Source: Podarcis bocagei
Taxonomy: Eukaryota
Reading direction: 5' to 3' (one strand)
Assembly (NCBI GenBank): GCA_964188305.1
Contig: OZ076894.1
DNA: 64,000 nt
Below the pieces are notes generated by a model. That model worked only from the letters and a program-made list of their open reading frames with translations. It had not been told where the DNA came from and ran no database searches. How positions within the stretch are numbered: the first letter of the stretch is position 1; every line of letters begins with the position of its first letter. Positions 1 to 13,774 of the stretch are shown piece after piece. The position numbers and the translations under genes are program-made.

Positions 1-1804
1 TTAAAATGTTGAGTTTTCACAAAAGTGTTTCTTCATAGAGTAGCCCCCCCCCCCGTTTTCTATAGAATTAGAAAGTTATGTGTAAATAATTTTTAGTGAA
101 TATTTAAATTAGTTTAAAATCTCTCCAAGAAAGCAAAGTGTTTAGAGAAACAGACAGCCAAAAACTACCTTAACATTTACCTCAAGACTCTGATGTAGCT
201 CACTTATCTCCATTGGATTCTACACATGGGATTAGTCGATTTAAAAATAATCTTGGTTCCCCATATCTCATTTTTCCATTGCAAAGATCAATTGACTTGT
301 AAAATACAGAATTATAGACCCCAAAGCAGGAAAAGTTACAATTTCCTATGCTTTGTTGGTCAAACTGATATGACCCCAACTTCGGGTTTCTGATTTCAAA
401 GAAGTTGAATGCTAATTAGGTTCCATAATAAATCTAAATATTTTCTTGCAGCCAAGCACAGATGAAGGAAAGTGACCGAGAAAACCCCACCAAGTTATCA
501 CTATCACCAGATTATTCTTTCCCCAAAACAAACCCACAGGAAAAATGTCTTTATCTTATCACCCATTGCAAACAGTTTGTTGTGCCGTATTGTATGTTTT
601 CCTTCATGAAATGTGTCTGTGGAAAACTGTGGTCGTGTTATTTATACAGTGAGAACATAGGAGGGTTTGAGAAAGGAAGATGTGCTGAAACTATACCAAT
701 TTGCCAAGCAAATTTAAAACAACTCACTTAGCACAACCTAATCCAGTGTTGCCACAAAAAGACCATGGAACAGAAAGGATTTAGAGCATACCTAAAAGGA
801 CTCCAACTTTGGTGAGTCTCCAGGGAAAGGAAGTTTCATATTTACACACCCTTAAAAAAAACCCTCTACATGTCTTTGCTGCATGAATCTTGGTACAAAG
901 ATTATTAATAATGACAGTGCAAGTACATATCTTTGCTGGAATATATTAGGAAGTTATCTCAAGGTATATGGCAAGCAAGAAGAAATAGGTTTCATACAAC
1001 AGTAGATGTTCTGAGAGCGTCTTTCTCCCAAAGAGATCATGCACTGTGCATGGAAAGCTAATGCAGTTATTTTGTCTAAAGAAGTTATATATGGCGAAAA
1101 CAGCAAGGGTGTCTTAGTGCTTTCATACTAATACAGAATTCTTGCACAGAGAAAAGAAAGGCAAACTGAAATGCTAGGAAATTACTAGCATTACTGCTGG
1201 AATCTAAAAGTTAATAGTGGGAGTGGAAAGGGATTTATCAACATGCATATAATGCCTAAATACTAAGGCTCCTGACTCTACTGCTGATCTTTCTTTTTCC
1301 TGCATGAAGATTAGCAATAGTATCAGTCAGATTTTATCACCCCAGGTGCTTGCTCAATTAGCAAGACTTTCATTTTCAATAAATCAACCTCTGCAAAATG
1401 AAATTTACAACAATGCAGAAAGAGCCAGCCTATTACACTGCAAATTTGTTAAAGTTTTGCCAGAGCATGAGCATCTTTTAGAAACCTAATCTTGTTATTT
1501 AGATGGGCTTCAGAATGGCAGGGTCAACTCAGTGTGAGAGTCATGTTATAGTCATTGTTACTTTCTAGCTCATTTAAAGTGGCTCTGATAGATAATACAT
1601 CTGTGATAGATTATAAACAGTAAAAGAAAAGTTCTCTGCATAAATTAATGATTATTGGGGAAATCCATTCTACTAACATACATACAAATCTAACCTCAAC
1701 AGTTGTATTGATGGCCTCTGTTGGCAACAAGCTAGATCTCAAATCACTGATCCCGCTGTTGTTAAATTTACATACCACTTAATGCTAAAACAGACTTCTA
1801 ATCC

Positions 1805-2361
1805 CAGTGGTTCTCAAACTCCCAGGTTCTACTTGAGAGGGCTGAAAATTTCTGAGTCACAAAATGGTGCTGCAGGCAAGGGCAAAGCCAGTCAAAAAAT
1901 GGTGGCAGAGGTAAACAAAGATTGTCATAATCAGCTGGCAATTACAGACATGACTTTCTACTGAGATCTAATCCATTTTTAGAGCTTGCTAAATTCTTTT
2001 CCTTGTAAAAAGGAGTTCCAGTACATGCGTTTGCTCTGGTGGTAATGTGACGCAGCATTCCCATTTTAGGCAGAATTTACTGATCAATAGGCTCCCTTAT
2101 TGCCCTTCCCCTCCTCTGAACCTTTGAAGGCCTACCTTCCTTCCTATACCCCCTCCCCCAAACATCTCTCCCTCTCAGCCACTTTTACTCATCATGCAAT
2201 GGGTTGCTGGTGCTGGCATTGGTCCATGCAAAAGGCTGTGGCATGGTTAAGGGAAGAGGCAGTCAAATGAGGAAGCCCTGGACAGGCTGTGGCCCAGAGG
2301 CCCAGATGAAAGTGGCCCAAGACCCACCGGTGGATTCTTACCCACAGTTTGAGAAACACTG
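1805..2361. mobile_element. Non-autonomous hAT (Charlie-like) DNA transposon
   Basis: Terminal inverted repeats CAGTGGTTCTCAAACT ... AGTTTGAGAAACACTG (15/16 complementary). No transposase ORF and no clean 8-bp TSD. Confidence 0.65.
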
Positions 2362-2486
2362 TTCTATGAGGCTTATAGAAATGTAAACAGATTTACGCAC
2401 CAACCTCTCTCTTCCCAAATGCTGGCAGGTGAAATCCAAATTTGTTCTGGCAAAAGGTAAGTCAGCCAATGAGATTTAATCTCATC

Positions 2487-2685
2487 GGATCAATGGCCCA
2501 TCTAGTTCAGAATCCTGTTCTAACAGTGGCCAACCTGATGCCTATGGAAAGCCTGCAAGTGGGATATGAGCACAACAGCACTTGGTCCACCTGTGACTTT
2601 CAATAACTGGCATACTGCTTCTGATAGTGAAGGTAGAACATAGCCATTGTGGCTAGTTACTGCTGATAGCCTTGTCCTCCATAGA
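2487..2685 (-). mobile_element. CR1 LINE 3'-end fragment
   Basis: ggatcaatggcccatctagttcagaatcctgttctaacagtggccaac...gatagccttgtcctccat matches the recalled antisense 3' end of squamate CR1. A related copy lies at 43017-43500. Confidence 0.65.
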
Positions 2686-2688
2686 TAT

Positions 2689-3384
2689 TGTTACAAAAGA
2701 AGGCACCATTTCCACTCTCTGCCGAGCGGTAGCGAGATTCCAGGGGGTCCCAGGCATTCACCAAGACTTTGTGCTTCTTCGGAGAATTGAAGATGTGGCG
2801 TAGTTTTAAGAAATATGGTTTATTCACCTATTTGCACCTTCAGTCTGCATGGAGTCAAGATCTTACAGCACGGTCACTTCAAGAAGGGCTTGTTCCCCAC
2901 AGAAATGCAATACTGGAGGCATCTCTCCCAGCCAGTCTTCAGGCAGCCTGCCCAAAATGGATCTCAGTCTTTGTTCTCCTCCTTCAGTCTTTGTTCTCCT
3001 CCTGAAAGGCCACTTTAATCTGGGCCTCTGGGCCACAGCCTGTCCAGGGCTTCCTCATTTGACTGCCTCTTCCCTTAAACATGCCACAGCCTTTTGCATG
3101 GACCAATGCCAGCACCAGCTTGCCAATGACTCTCTTTTCCTGTCACCTTACATCCAGTTATCCTTGGCAACCTTCTGTCTGCTCAGGCCCAAGATTCCTC
3201 TTAGATGGGCCATCAACACCTTTCATCAGGTTAATGCCTCTATCCCAGGTGAGGCCCTGGCTTGGAAAGGAAGCTTAGCCTGTATTTTTCCAGTGGCCTG
3301 CTCTCTTCCCTTCTATACTCCAAACAATCAAAATCCTACCATTTATTAATTTCTAGCCCCCCCCCCCAAAAAAACCTCACAACA
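2689..3384 (-). mobile_element. Solo LTR, 696 bp (ERV1- or Gypsy-type)
   Basis: TGTT...AACA termini and 4-bp TSD ATAT (2685-2688, 3385-3388). Minus-strand AATAAA near 2820, about 130 bp from that end. Internal perfect 20-bp tandem duplication at 2964-3003. Confidence 0.7.
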
Positions 3385-4544
3385 ATATAAACAATGACAA
3401 TTAACGGTTCGTAAGCAATTAGGTTGCATTCCTAACCATGTCTATTTAGAAGTAAATCTCATTGAATTCTATTTTAGATGGGGTTAGGACTGCAGCCTTG
3501 GTTAGCACATGGGAACTCTTTAATGGAACAACTGCTTCTTTCTGTGCTTTCTCCCCACCTTCTCTGCTTCGCCGCTCCATCCTCTTCCAGTAATGCCACA
3601 GTATGACATATTCAACCATTCCTTAACAGTGGAAAACTTTCCCTTCCCTTCTTCAAAACTTCCTTACCCAGCCAGATTGCCTCATTCACTGCTATAGCAG
3701 CCTATGAATTAGGACTTAGGTTCTTATAAATTAGGACTTATGTTTTCTGAATGAAACTGCCCTGACCTGGTCAAATTCAATACGACTCTGTATTTGTCCG
3801 CTATAACTTTTTTCAGTAAAACACTAAAGCAAAAAGTAACAGGACTAGATGAATTAAAATTATGTATATGCCTGTGCCTTTGCATTCTACAGTGGATAAA
3901 TTCTTTCCTCATCTGTCCGATGCTGGCAAATAATTTTATGAATTGACATTTTGTGACACTTCAACTTGAGAATGGTGTGGGATACTGTAATTTCCCCCTG
4001 TTACTACTAATGCATAATGATTTTGACTTTAAAAGGGTCAGGCTTTTTAAGTTTAGAAGACTGAAATACTATATGCCTGCAAGATGTTTCTGTGCACAAT
4101 AATTTGGTGTGCCAAATGGAGAAATGCACTTCTTAGCCACCAGTCATGTACAGTGAACCATGTGCTCTGCAAATGGCTATTGTGATTCAAAATGGCTATC
4201 ACACACATAGACATTAAGCGATGTACAGAGATAAGCCATTGAAATACATTAGGCAGTCCAAGAAACTGTTGCAAAATACTCCTTACAAATACCATAGAAG
4301 AAAGCTTTTCATTTATGGATACATTTTGCATAGGAACATGAAGATACATTTATTAAAATTTGTTATATGGTCTTACAATTTTTTTACTGCTGTCAGAATT
4401 TCCTGGTGGCAGTGAGACAGGGATATATCTAGTCCAATAACTGAGGTGAGGCCTTATGCTTCCTGAAAATGTAGAAACTAGAAACTTGAGAAGCTGCCTT
4501 ATCTAGAGTCACATCATAGGTCCATCTAGGCAGTCTGAACACAT

Positions 4545-4740
4545 AACACCAAACCTAGTCTGATTGCACTGACTACCAGTTAGTTTCCAGGCTCAATTCA
4601 AAATGCTGGCTTTGATTTATAAAGCCTATAAATGGCCCCAATACCTCTCTGTATGCCTTTCCTCATATAAACAAGCTCAGACCCTGCCATCACCTTAGGC
4701 TCTTCTGTATGAGCTCCTCCATGGGAGATTTGGAGAGTGT
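4545..4740 (+). mobile_element. L2 LINE ORF2 3' fragment
   Basis: Translates to LH*LPVSFQAQFKMLALIYKA, resembling the L2 LHWLP...FK.L...YKAL block. Confidence 0.6.
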
Positions 4741-5304
4741 AAGCCAGGAAATTGGACACCTAAAATGGTGTCCTGGGGGGAAAGTCGATGTCCAAAATTT
4801 CCCATACATTTTTTGGTTTGGTTTGGTTTGGTTTTCTGGGGGGGGGGGGTTCTGCTGAGCAGCGGAAGGAATGCCCCCCCCCCCCCGTTATGTGGAAGAC
4901 CCAAAGTGTGCTTGCGCCATCCTGAAGTCCTTCTGGTAAGCAACTGTGAACAACCTGCTGGGAAGCTAGCACAGTGGCTCTGCCCCACCTGACCACCTTT
5001 TTCTGACCCAAGGTCCATCAGCTGAAGCCAGAAGTGAAATCATGACTCAAGCAGGTGGAATTAAGGAGCAAGATGCAACGGAACACCTACTCAACCCAGG
5101 AACTTGTGATCAAGCTCATGGTCCTTTCATGCAAGAAGCCCTTGCTGGTTTTCTCCTAAGCATTCTCTTTCAGCAGCGTAATTTATGGAAGTGAACGCTC
5201 TTTAGTAATTGTTATTGTTATCCAGCTGAGAGTCAGAAACCCTTACAAGTTACCCAGTGAATCAACAATAGATTCTGATCTACCATCTGGCCACCACTGG
5301 CAGA

Positions 5305-5400
5305 CTCTGGGTTTAATCCCTGGCATCTCCAGGTAGAATTGAAAGACTATGAAGAGCTGCTTCCAATCCACACAGACAATACTGAACTAGATGGATTTTC
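5305..5400 (+). mobile_element. Degraded tRNA-derived SINE with CR1-like tail
   Basis: gggtttaatccctggcatctccaggtag...agacaatactgaactagatgga. Related antisense pieces at about 4490-4530 and 30535-30630. Confidence 0.45.
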
Positions 5401-6644
5401 CTTATGCAAAGCATGTGCTCTGGCACCAAAATGCAACCCACCTCGCAACAAAACCAATGTTTAAGCAATGTAAGAACTGTTTTTCCATAACTGTCAATGA
5501 TAAAGAACTTGGCCCTCAATGTAGAAATTAATTGGAACAGGGGCCTAGTCACTACCTTATCAGATCTGTGGCAGCAGATGAATTGTACCATTTTGGGAGA
5601 GGCCTGCTATAAACAATAAGTATTTATAGCAAGCCTTAAAAATAACGTTGATGCCTGTGTACAGGTTCTGTAATTGAACATCAGAGCTCTTTTATTTTTA
5701 GAACTAAAATGCAAAGACATGGCAAAGTTTCATGACTCTAGAGTAATACAGGACTTCAGCAATCAGCTACAGGGTCACGTACAGTATCTTTAATTTCACC
5801 TGTTGAGTGCTTGCGTGAATGTTTAAGGGCCCCAGAGGACATGAGAAACCATGGAAGAGAAACACAATCCCTGTGAAGATGAGGAAAATATTGAAGAACA
5901 GCCAGGCAGGATCATAAATAACATGAAAGACTGGCTCTGCTCTCTAATGCTCTCATAAAGAGTTCTCTCAAAACTCTTTTTGGCTCAGCCATGTGAAGGG
6001 CTGTGCTGACGGGCATTGTATGAGGCGCATGCAACAGCACATGTCACACCCAGCAAACCACACCCAGATTGTTGCTTGGGGAAGCATTTAGGCTAAACCA
6101 TGTTATTTTTGTTAGCCTTAAAGGCCATATCTGGCCTGGGTCATTTCCAGACCAGCCAGGGCGATGGAAACTTTTCCCCACTGCTATCATGCACCTCTCC
6201 TGCACATTGATCCAGCATTAATGTGAAAAATTAAATTGAGAGTGTCTAGCTCTGCCTTGAAGTATCAACCAAAAGGAGAAAGACTCACCTTAGTTTTCAG
6301 TAGTGGTCAGAGCATTGGACTAGGACCTGGTAAACCAGAATTCAAATCCTCACTCAGCTATTAGGCCCAACTTCACAAGTTTGTTGTTGTTTATAATAAC
6401 AAGCTTATTATAAAGAATGTGGGACATACTTAGTTAAAAACAATGCATAGAATTGTCATGTAAAATATTGCAGACTCACATGAATCTGCATTTGCACAGA
6501 AAAGTTGAGTATAGATTTTAGTATGAATGAATGAATGAAGAAGCAAACAAACATTCATTGATATGAATATTATAGTCTTACAGAATCACAGAACTGCTTT
6601 TGGTTTTAAAACAGCTGTGGAAAACCCTTCAGGGGCTGACAGAT

Positions 6645-7030
6645 GAGGGATGGATGAATCTGACAAGCTTGGTTTCTCTGTGTTTCATACTTTTCCAATC
6701 CTGAATTCAGTTTTCCCCTTTCCCCCAGCACTTTTTGGGGAAAGGGGTTAATGTCTGCGTGAATATTTTTGTGCGTTTCTCCCAAAATACATGTTTTGAC
6801 GCTCAGTTTTCTCAAGCAATTTTCCCTAATGCATTTTGTATGTTTTTCTCACTAATATACAGTTGTTTGTACACACTTTCCCCTCATATATGTTTTTAGG
6901 TAAACAATTTTTGGGTTGGAGAGCAAATTTTGAATAGTCGCTGAGTTTTAACTGTGTGCTGGTTCATGGTGTGCAAATTAGGTGGGTTCCTATTAATGCA
7001 AATGAAAATAATGCTTCTTTCACCCCCAGT
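6645..7030 (-). mobile_element. AT-rich non-autonomous DNA transposon (AGGGATG-type termini, hAT-like)
   Basis: Homologous to 13378-13774 and 52258-52610. Shared blocks include tttccctaat, cattttgtatg and the gggatggatgaatctg terminus. Confidence 0.55.
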
Positions 7031-8498
7031 GTAAATTCATGTAAGGGGGAAAATATGCTGGGATGGGGAACTTGGATCAGTGGGCAAAATATTACACAGA
7101 GAATCACTTCTCAGGCCTGTTTCACTCTCAGATTCTTGCATCACAGAATTGCTTCTCTTTTTAAGAGCAGACGTGTCTGTATTTAATGCACATGTGCAAA
7201 TCACATGTGGCAGCCCCTCAGAACTATGCATACCTTGTGACAGTGAGAGCTAACTTTACTATGAAAATGGTATGAAACCTTGCCAAAGTCACATGTATTT
7301 TTGTTTCAAAATAAGGGAGGGGCTGAAGTTTAGAAACCTTCCTAAGATATAACATAAATGGAGCCTTTAAGCTTCCTAAAAGCAAATGTGATCTGTAGAT
7401 TTGCTCAGCATGTGATTTTCACTATCAAAAGTTTTAAAAATAATAATACTTAGGTAATTTAATCAGAAGCACTGAACTGTACTTTTTTAAAAGTTACCCA
7501 CTGATAGGATATGCTTCTTGACTCTAAATATGTTTTGGATTTATCTGAGGTTTGAAATAATTGGACCGGCTCTTAATTGTGCCAGCACAAAAAAAGCTGG
7601 AATTATTTTTACCACTTCAGAAAACTCTTAAAGTAATTTTACTATACGGCTGACTTACTTGACATTCTTTAAATGTTGTAAGAAAGAGAAGAATTAATCA
7701 TGTGATTTATTTTATTTTATTTTTTTGGCTAAATAAAGGCCAAATCATGCTTCCAGGCCAAAAACACGGCACTACTTCTGGCATTCTGGTTATTATGATC
7801 AATGCTATGGTAAAAAGCAAGGTGATGTGAGAAGGAACAGCACATCTTATTTTTCAGCTGTTCCCCATAGAAAGCATGTGTTCCACATTTCCCTTCATTT
7901 TTTGAATCTGAGGGTTTGTTCACACATTCTAGTAATGTTTATTTTCTCTGTGTGATCATGAACACAATCACATGGAGAAACTTTAGTGCAAACCAGTCGT
8001 TTACACAAACCAACGGTTTCTGTGTTTGAAGTAGCTTGGCTGAAAAATGCAGTCTTGATCGCTGAAATGACTGCAGCTATCCTAATGTAATCAGCTGGTC
8101 GGCCCTAGCATTCTGCAGAAGGACATGGCTGCCTCAGACACTAGAGGTTGAGGGGCAGGGAATGAACAGAGCAGTGTGTGCCAAACAGCCTGCCCTATGC
8201 TTCTAAACTAGCCAGTTTTGTGCTCAGATGTAATGGAGGGCATTGTCTCATTGCTAATACTGAAGTAAGTTTCAACTGCCCGTCTAAACTTAAAAAGCCA
8301 GCTTTTGTACATGGGAAGGCACCATCTTGCCCATTACCTTAGATACAAAGGTTTATCTGGAGAAGGAGAAATGAGCATTTTGGGGGCGGGGGAATGTTGT
8401 GCAGTTGGAAAGCTGACATGCCGTTTGAAGAATGGAGGGAAGAGAATTAGCTTTGTTAGGTACATGTGTCTGCTAAGCACCTAAATGAAAGGCAATGT

Positions 8499-8766
8499 GA
8501 GAGCCAGTGTGGTGTAGTGGTTAAGAACAGTAGACTCGCAATCTGGGGAATGGGGTTCGTGTCTCCGCTCCTCCACATGCAGCTGCTGGGTGATCTTGGG
8601 CTTGTCACACTTCTTTGAAGTCTCTCAGCCCCATTCACCTCACAGAGTGTTTGTTGTGGGGGAGGAAGGGAAAAGGAGATTGTTAGCCGCTTTGAGACTC
8701 CTTAGGGTAGTGATAAAGCAGGATATCAAATCCAAACTCCTCCTCCTCTTCTTCTTCTTCTTCTTC
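8499..8766 (+). mobile_element. Squam3-type tRNA-derived SINE, full length
   Basis: Head gagagccagtgtggtgtagtggttaaga with A/B-box-like motifs and a (CCT/CTT)n tail. Highly similar to the antisense copy at 16584-16865. Confidence 0.85.
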
Positions 8767-9975
8767 TGAATGTCAGGAACAGCATGTACACAAATTACAT
8801 GAGGATAAAAAACACCAGTTTCAATACTTAGAACAAACTGTCCAAATCATATCAAGCATCTTTTTTTAAAAAAAACTAGAACCTCCTCTTCTTCACTTTC
8901 ATCTTTGGGCAGCATCCTGAAATAAAGAGTGAATCTTCAAAGTACTCTTTTGTGTGTTGCGCCTGCTAGTTACTGAACCAAGGTGGATTCATAAATGAAT
9001 TGTTGCTTTATAGAAGTTATTAGGTAAGACTGACCCCTATAGAGAAACTTCCAGTCTACTATAGAAATATTCTACTCAGACTACTATAAAACCTTTTCTT
9101 TCCTTGGTACAATATGTTCAACATTTAACCTTTTTTAATGCTTGGTTTTGTCCTATGCCATCTATGTATATTTCAAAGTTCATTCTTTCTAGTAAGTATA
9201 AAAACACATGAAAACTCCCTAGGGGTATTTGGTGTCAAGCAAAGCATTCCATCAGTGATATGGACCAAATAAGAGGAAGAGCTAAAGGCACCAGCTGAAT
9301 GACCTGTTTCCTATCTTTCATATGTAGCTTCCAGCTGTTTAAGATGTTGAAGGGACCCACTGATCTTGGAAGATGCGCACTCTGTCCTTTGAGTATACTA
9401 GTGAATAAACAGGATAATAGAAACTGCAAAAGACTATGGGGCTCTGCGGTAGTGAATTGCATTGGTCAGCTGTTTCAGTAAACATTTCTTTTACAATGTA
9501 TTAATTTAATCAAGCAACTCCTATTTATTGCCATAAGAAACTGGACAAGCAGCTGTTTCCTATTCACTTATTCCAAATGATTCATGATTTTATGCAGGTT
9601 TATCATATCCCTCACCCTACACCTATGTAAAAAAAAAAAGTCATCGTCTTTTATCTTCTCCACATGTGGAACATGGTTGCTGTTGAGTTTTGTGTTTTTT
9701 CCCTTTTCCAGTTCTACTACATCATTTTCATTTCAGGTGGGGTTACTAGATTTAGATAGCAGACAATTGTGGTTACACCACTGACATGTTATTTCCTGAG
9801 TCCTCCCCACCCCTTTCAAATGTTCTGTTTCCCTTTTAATAATTTTGTCTGACACCCTGCCTTTATGTCTTTGGTGGGCTGAGGGCATGCCTTTGTCTTT
9901 GGTGGGTTGAGTTGCAACACCACCATTGTGTACGCACCATTAGAACTATTTTATTACCTTTGTCCTTCATTCATA

Positions 9976-10316
9976 GGGACAAGGGTGGCGCTGTGGTCTA
10001 AACCACAGAGCCTAGGGCTTGCCGATCAGAAGGTTAGCAGTTTGAATCCCCGTGACGGGGTGAGCTCCCGTTGCTCAGTCCCAGCTCCTGCTCACCTAGC
10101 AGTTTGAAAGCACATAAAATTGCAAGTAGATAAACAGGTACCACTCCGGCAGGAAGGTAAACGGCATTTCCGTTGTTGCTCTGGTTTCACCAGAAGTGGC
10201 TTAGTCATGCTGGCCATATGACCTGGAAGCTGTCTTTGGACAAACACCAGCTCCTTGGCCTATAGAGTGAGATGAGTGCCGCAATCCCAGAGTCGTCAGG
10301 GGTACCTTTACCTTTA
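9976..10316 (+). mobile_element. Sauria SINE
   Basis: Head gggacaagggtggcgctgtggtctaaaccacagagcc and (ACCTTT)n tail. 12-bp TSD CCTTCATTCATA at 9964-9975 and 10317-10328. Confidence 0.92.
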
Positions 10317-11377
10317 CCTTCATTCATAATTTTGAACAAATAGGATGAATATTACATGGCATCTTGTGTTGTAATGCCCGGGTTGCTAGTGTTGTGAGGC
10401 CCTTTCATAATTACGCAAAACCTCATTTAGATGTAATTGTGTTCAGTGGTTTCATATTATTTACATTAACCTGCCACCAGTAGTCATTGGAGGACATTGC
10501 TGAATTACTTGACTCAATTGCTTGAAAAGCTTAAGGATTTAAAATAAAATAACAAGAGACTTTGGCCAGGAAACCTTGTCAATTTATAGTCCTCCTCCCT
10601 ATAAAACAGATGAATTTAGTACATTTACTGGGTTGTAAGACAAACAAATGTGGTTACCTCAGTATAAATGAAAGCTTTAATGAGGCAGCCCTTGCTTGAG
10701 TGTTTTAGAAAGTGTTCCAAGATTTTATTCATGAATGGACTTTCTTTGCTTATTCATGTAAAGTTGTTGACCCTTCAAGCTTGTGTCTGCACAGGCTGCA
10801 TGGTCAAGGGCCCTGTTATATGTACAGCAATCCAAGTGAATGAGAGCTATGTAAATGTAATCTGGAAAACACTCAGATGAAGGGTGGATTATGTCTTACT
10901 TCATGAAATATATGCATTTGCGTTTGCACAGGATGTGACTTAGCCATGAAAGGGGTGGAACAGAATGCTAAACTTCTCATGTTGACATCAACCTTAGGGT
11001 TGTGTGCACTTGGAAGTGTGCCCCACTGATTTCAATGGAAAATATTTGCGAAGAAGGATACTTATGAGTGCAGCCTTAAAGAATGATATGCAAAAGTTCT
11101 GTACTGCACTAAGTTGACGCTGCTCTCTGCCGCACCAGAACAGGTTGCCGGGTTGTGGCAAATTCCTGGTATAGATGCAGTTCAGAGGCTGCCTAGATGA
11201 GATGCCATTGAAGATGAGATGAGACCCACTGGATTCATTTGTATCTTTAGAAAGATGAACAGAAAAACCTCCTTATCAACAGAGGCACAATATGTTTTCA
11301 AAGACTGACTAAATTTTGTATAATTAGATGTTCAGATACCCTGCATATTTCATGTTATATTTGTCTTCTTTAAGTAA

Positions 11378-11700
11378 GTGGTGGGGAACCTCAGGCTTGG
11401 AGGAAGAATATGGCCCTCCAAGCCTCTCTGCCTGCCCTCATAACTATCCCTAGGCTGTATCCCTCACTGGCCTTGCTTTACACCACAGGCATTTTTGCCT
11501 GGCTGGAATGTGCCATCGAACTCTGTTAATGCCTAATGCTTGTCTGGATAGAAGACACAGATGGCTGAGTCAGTCTGGGCAGAAACTAGCTTACTGTATA
11601 AAGGTAACATTTAGACTCATTGGCCTCTGGCTCCACCCACCACTAGCATGTGACCCTCCAATGGTTGGCCAAAAGTGGACTCAGAAAAATTCCCTGCTTT
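11378..11700 (+). mobile_element. Degraded hAT-like non-autonomous element
   Basis: Begins gtggtggggaacctcaggc. Shares tttttgcctggctggaatgtg and agaaactagc blocks with 26470-26770 (+) and 29414-29775 (-). Confidence 0.45.
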
Positions 11701-12580
11701 GCATAGTGGCTATCAAAATGGTTTCTGCACTGGATTTCATTTCTCTGGATTTCTATTCTCTGGGTTTCTATTCCCCATATAATTGCTTCCCCTATTCATT
11801 CATTTATTTTCAGTGCCCTCCCACAAGAGCACAACTGCAATTATGCAGGAAGATCTTTATTTTTATTTTTAAAGCAAAAAAGAAAAAAAATCATCTCTGG
11901 TATTCCAATTTGAAACTGGACTCTGGGCACCATCCATCCTATTTAAAATGCCTCCTGAAAGCAACAGTTTCCATCAGCCTGTTCATCCTTTTGTGGTGCC
12001 GCTGTTGGTATCACTTTGACACATTTCCCCATTAATTGCTGGTGCCCACTTTCAATTGCTTTAATTGCTTAAAAAACTCACCATTGTACAGTTCCATTTT
12101 AAAATCAAGTTTTGATTCATAAATTCGAAGCCCCAGATGAAACGGTACATATGAAAGGCACACATTCTCCTTCACTCTTGAGTTCCAGGATTTGTATATG
12201 CCCCAGATGCATTAATATAATCTAGATTTCTTTCCCTTGTCATAGAACTGAAAATGATTAACTACTTCACATGAAGAAACGTTTTGGCCCAAATCCTCCT
12301 TCATGTGTTCCATTTTACCGAGTTGTTGTGTCATTCAGGTTCATATATTCAGACTATCCCAAAATGAGAGTTTAAGGGAATTACATATCCTTGCATAAAA
12401 CAAAACAACATAACCTCAATAGAAATTAAACCAGATCCAAATAAAATATCATGCGTGTGCGCAAAACACCTTGATTCCTACTATAATGGCATTCCTAGCA
12501 TGGGACTAATTATTCTTTGGTATGTGTGGAAAGGTATTGCATCTAACTCACCATTTGTCTCTCTATCTACATGTAACCTA

Positions 12581-12884
12581 TCCATTCTTTAGGAAATCAG
12601 CCCTGAGTGCTCACTGGAAGGACAGATCGTGAAGCTGAGGCTCCAATACTTTGGCCCCCTCATGAGAAGAGAAGACTCCCTGGAAAAGACCCTGATGTTG
12701 GGAAAGATGGAGGGCACAAGGAGAAGGGGACGACAAAGGACGAGATGGTTGGATAGTGTTCTCGAAGCTACCAACATGAGTTTGATCAAACTGCGGGAGG
12801 CAGTGGAAGACAGAAGTGCCTGGCGTGCTCTGGTCCATGGGGTCACGAAGAGTCAGACACGACTAAACAACTAAACAACAACAA
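12581..12884 (+). mobile_element. Bov-B (RTE clade) LINE, 5'-truncated 3' end
   Basis: Encodes KLRLQYFGPLMRREDSLEKTLMLGKMEGTRRRGRQRTRWLD...WRALVHGVTKSQTRLNN, the Bov-B C-terminus. (AAC)n tail and partial TSD ATGTAAC (12571, 12887). Confidence 0.95.
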
Positions 12885-13377
12885 AGATGTAACTTTAACT
12901 ATATGGAAGCTTGCTTCCGAGTGGTGATTCCCCACATCTGAGTGTAATCTCTCGTGCAGTGGACCACGCGAATGCTCCTGACCATAGGGAAGTTCCCTGG
13001 CCCCTTTCACATGTTGAAAACACATGTGAAGGGGTTGTGTAGTTGTACTGGCCTGCTGGGGCCCCTTAACAACCACATTATGTGCCAGCATTTGACAGCT
13101 GTGTAAAGGGAACTTTATGCCTGTGCCAATGTACGCATGTGGGGTTTACAACATGCAAGGGGGAAATCCCGATTGGTTCAGAAAAATCTCAATCCTAAAC
13201 CTCTGTTTAAAACTTTCCTCTTCAGTTTTCATTTGAGCTTCTCTCTCCTTTTGATAGACAATATGAAATCAAGCCCACACCTTGTTCTACTGAATCTTTA
13301 GAAGTCAGATTGTGTGAAAAGCAAAAATGGACTCTGCCGTGAAAGCCTGCAGCCATGTATATATGTACACATGAAAG

Positions 13378-13575
13378 TAGGCATGGGGTGAGAAACTCAA
13401 TTTTGTTTATATTTTCATGAGAAACTGCATAATATGCATTTCTTGGCTCAAAGCATATCTATCCTTTCAAATCTGCACCTTTCTGAATTTTGCAATGCAA
13501 TTCATCAGCCAATGTATACAAAAATGTGTATATTGAGGGGAAATTGTGGAAAACACATACAAAATGCATTGCATT

Positions 13576-13622
<47 letters not shown>

Positions 13623-13774
13623 TTTTCATTAGAATAAATCTTACTATTCTTACTAAAATGCTGACAAATTTCCATAGGGAAGTGCAGATTGTTGAAGATA
13701 TGTAGAAAACAAATTTAAGACTGGAAAAATGAGAAACCGAGTGAAATTGAAATTGACAGATTCATTCATCCCTA
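13378..13774 (+). mobile_element. AT-rich non-autonomous DNA transposon (hAT-like) carrying a (GA)n tract
   Basis: Termini TAGGCATG ... CATCCCTA. Homologous to 6645-7030 and 52258-52610. Confidence 0.6.
13579..13620. repeat. (GA)n microsatellite
   Basis: Pure GA run read directly. Confidence 0.98.

Noticed and set aside
2849-3349. 166-aa ORF
   Set aside because: Lies wholly inside a solo LTR, antisense to its polyA signal, and has no protein-like motifs.
8499-8575. tRNA-like A/B boxes
   Set aside because: These are SINE heads (also at 9976 and 22715), not cloverleaf tRNA genes.
11508-12035. Longest ORF (175 aa)
   Set aside because: Begins in a degraded hAT-like repeat and crosses a short tandem repeat and an A-run. 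No recognisable domain.
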